This document shows, in pieces, positions 12,446 through 12,917 of a DNA stretch of 12,917 nucleotides. A model generated the notes under the pieces. The model was not told the DNA's origin and searched no databases. It saw only the letters and a program-made list of their open reading frames with translations. Source of the DNA: Kineococcus radiotolerans SRS30216 = ATCC BAA-149 (GTDB lineage Bacteria; Actinomycetota; Actinomycetes; Actinomycetales; Kineococcaceae). Within the stretch, counting starts at the first letter, position 1; the number at the start of each line of letters is the position of its first letter. The translations under genes were made by a program, and so were the position numbers. The stretch is from assembly GCF_000017305.1 (NCBI RefSeq), contig NC_009660.1:1-12917 (forward strand), read 5' to 3'.

Positions 12446-12917
12446 TCAGGCCGCCGGGGCGCCGTCCTGCGCGTCCAGGGCGTCCAGCCAGGCGGTGGCG
12501 ACCTGCTGCGGCGTGGGCGTCCACGACCCGTGCGCCACCAGCGTCAGCAACTGCTGGACGGGCCCGCCCTGCCAGGGGCTGGCCGGTTCCGGGGTGCCCG
12601 GGGGCACCAGGGGGCGCCGCCAGGCCGGCCACGCGGTGGCGAACCCGGGGCACCACAGCACCCGGGCCCGGGCCAGCGCCGTCATCGTCGCGGCGGTGCC
12701 CGGCACCACCTCCCGGTCGCGCCCGGCGGTCAGGTAGGCGAACAGGGCCAGGTGCACCCGCCGCACCGTCTCCAGCTCGGCGTGCAGGGCGTGCAGGCGG
12801 GCCACCGCCGCGCGGGCCCGGTCGCCGGCCGCGCCGTTGGTGCGCAGCAGATCGTCGGCGGTCAGCGCCTGGCCGTGCTCACCGACGACGGCGCGCACCT
12901 GGACCATCAGCGCGTCG
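12446..12917 (-). CDS. Hypothetical protein, C-terminal part; the frame is open to the right edge
   Basis: This is the ORF-track frame 12446..12907. The frame stays open upstream (GAC GCG CTG before ATG 12907), with base 12917 as the third base of a codon. GC3 is very high. It probably continues the 1..428 ORF across a circular junction. Confidence 0.6.
   Translation of the reverse strand, partial: DALMVQVRAVVGEHGQALTADDLLRTNGAAGDRARAAVARLHALHAELETVRRVHLALFAYLTAGRDREVVPGTAATMTALARARVLWCPGFATAWPAWRRPLVPPGTPEPASPWQGGPVQQLLTLVAHGSWTPTPQQVATAWLDALDAQDGAPAA

Larger units (their letters stand above)
1..12917. mobile_element. Plasmid-like replicon, possibly a complete circle, with replication, partition, resolution and regulatory modules
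   Basis: The window combines ParA plus an RHH partner, a resolvase-type serine recombinase, a prim-pol/helicase with an iteron array, and HTH regulators. No housekeeping genes are present. The ORFs at the two window ends join in frame (see findings). Confidence 0.6.

Overview
This high-G+C window has actinobacterial-style codon usage, with real genes showing strongly G/C-ending codons. It reads as a small plasmid-like mobile replicon, not chromosome. The minus strand carries a long, tightly coupled operon in this order: XRE-type HTH regulator (5204..5473), a 103-aa protein, a Cys-rich 147-aa protein, an 891-aa AEP primase-polymerase / RecA-like helicase fusion (1784..4459), a small Cys-rich protein, an actinophage TerS-like protein (901..1308), and two unknowns. 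The 3' end of the primase-helicase gene is built from GTGGTTCCC iterons, a candidate origin. The last unknown runs off the left edge and joins in frame with the ORF open at the right edge, so the window may be a complete 12,917-bp circle. Other modules are listed below.
- A 375-aa winged-HTH (Rep- or regulator-like) gene with embedded low-GC palindromes.
- A small serine recombinase whose last codons abut a ~300-bp island of about 35-39% G+C that carries a self-contained small hydrophobic ORF.
- ParA plus a ribbon-helix-helix partner, bracketed by CAT-phased 8-bp iterons.
- A plus-strand cluster of small genes, including a Myb/SANT-like ORF interrupted by an in-frame TAG next to a 9-bp x5.8 tandem repeat.
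I saw no rRNA, tRNA, CRISPR array, transposase, relaxase or conjugation gene, TerL or capsid gene. The main hypothesis worth testing is a plasmid-form phage satellite or packaging-hijacking plasmid. All family calls come from motifs read by eye; no searches were run.
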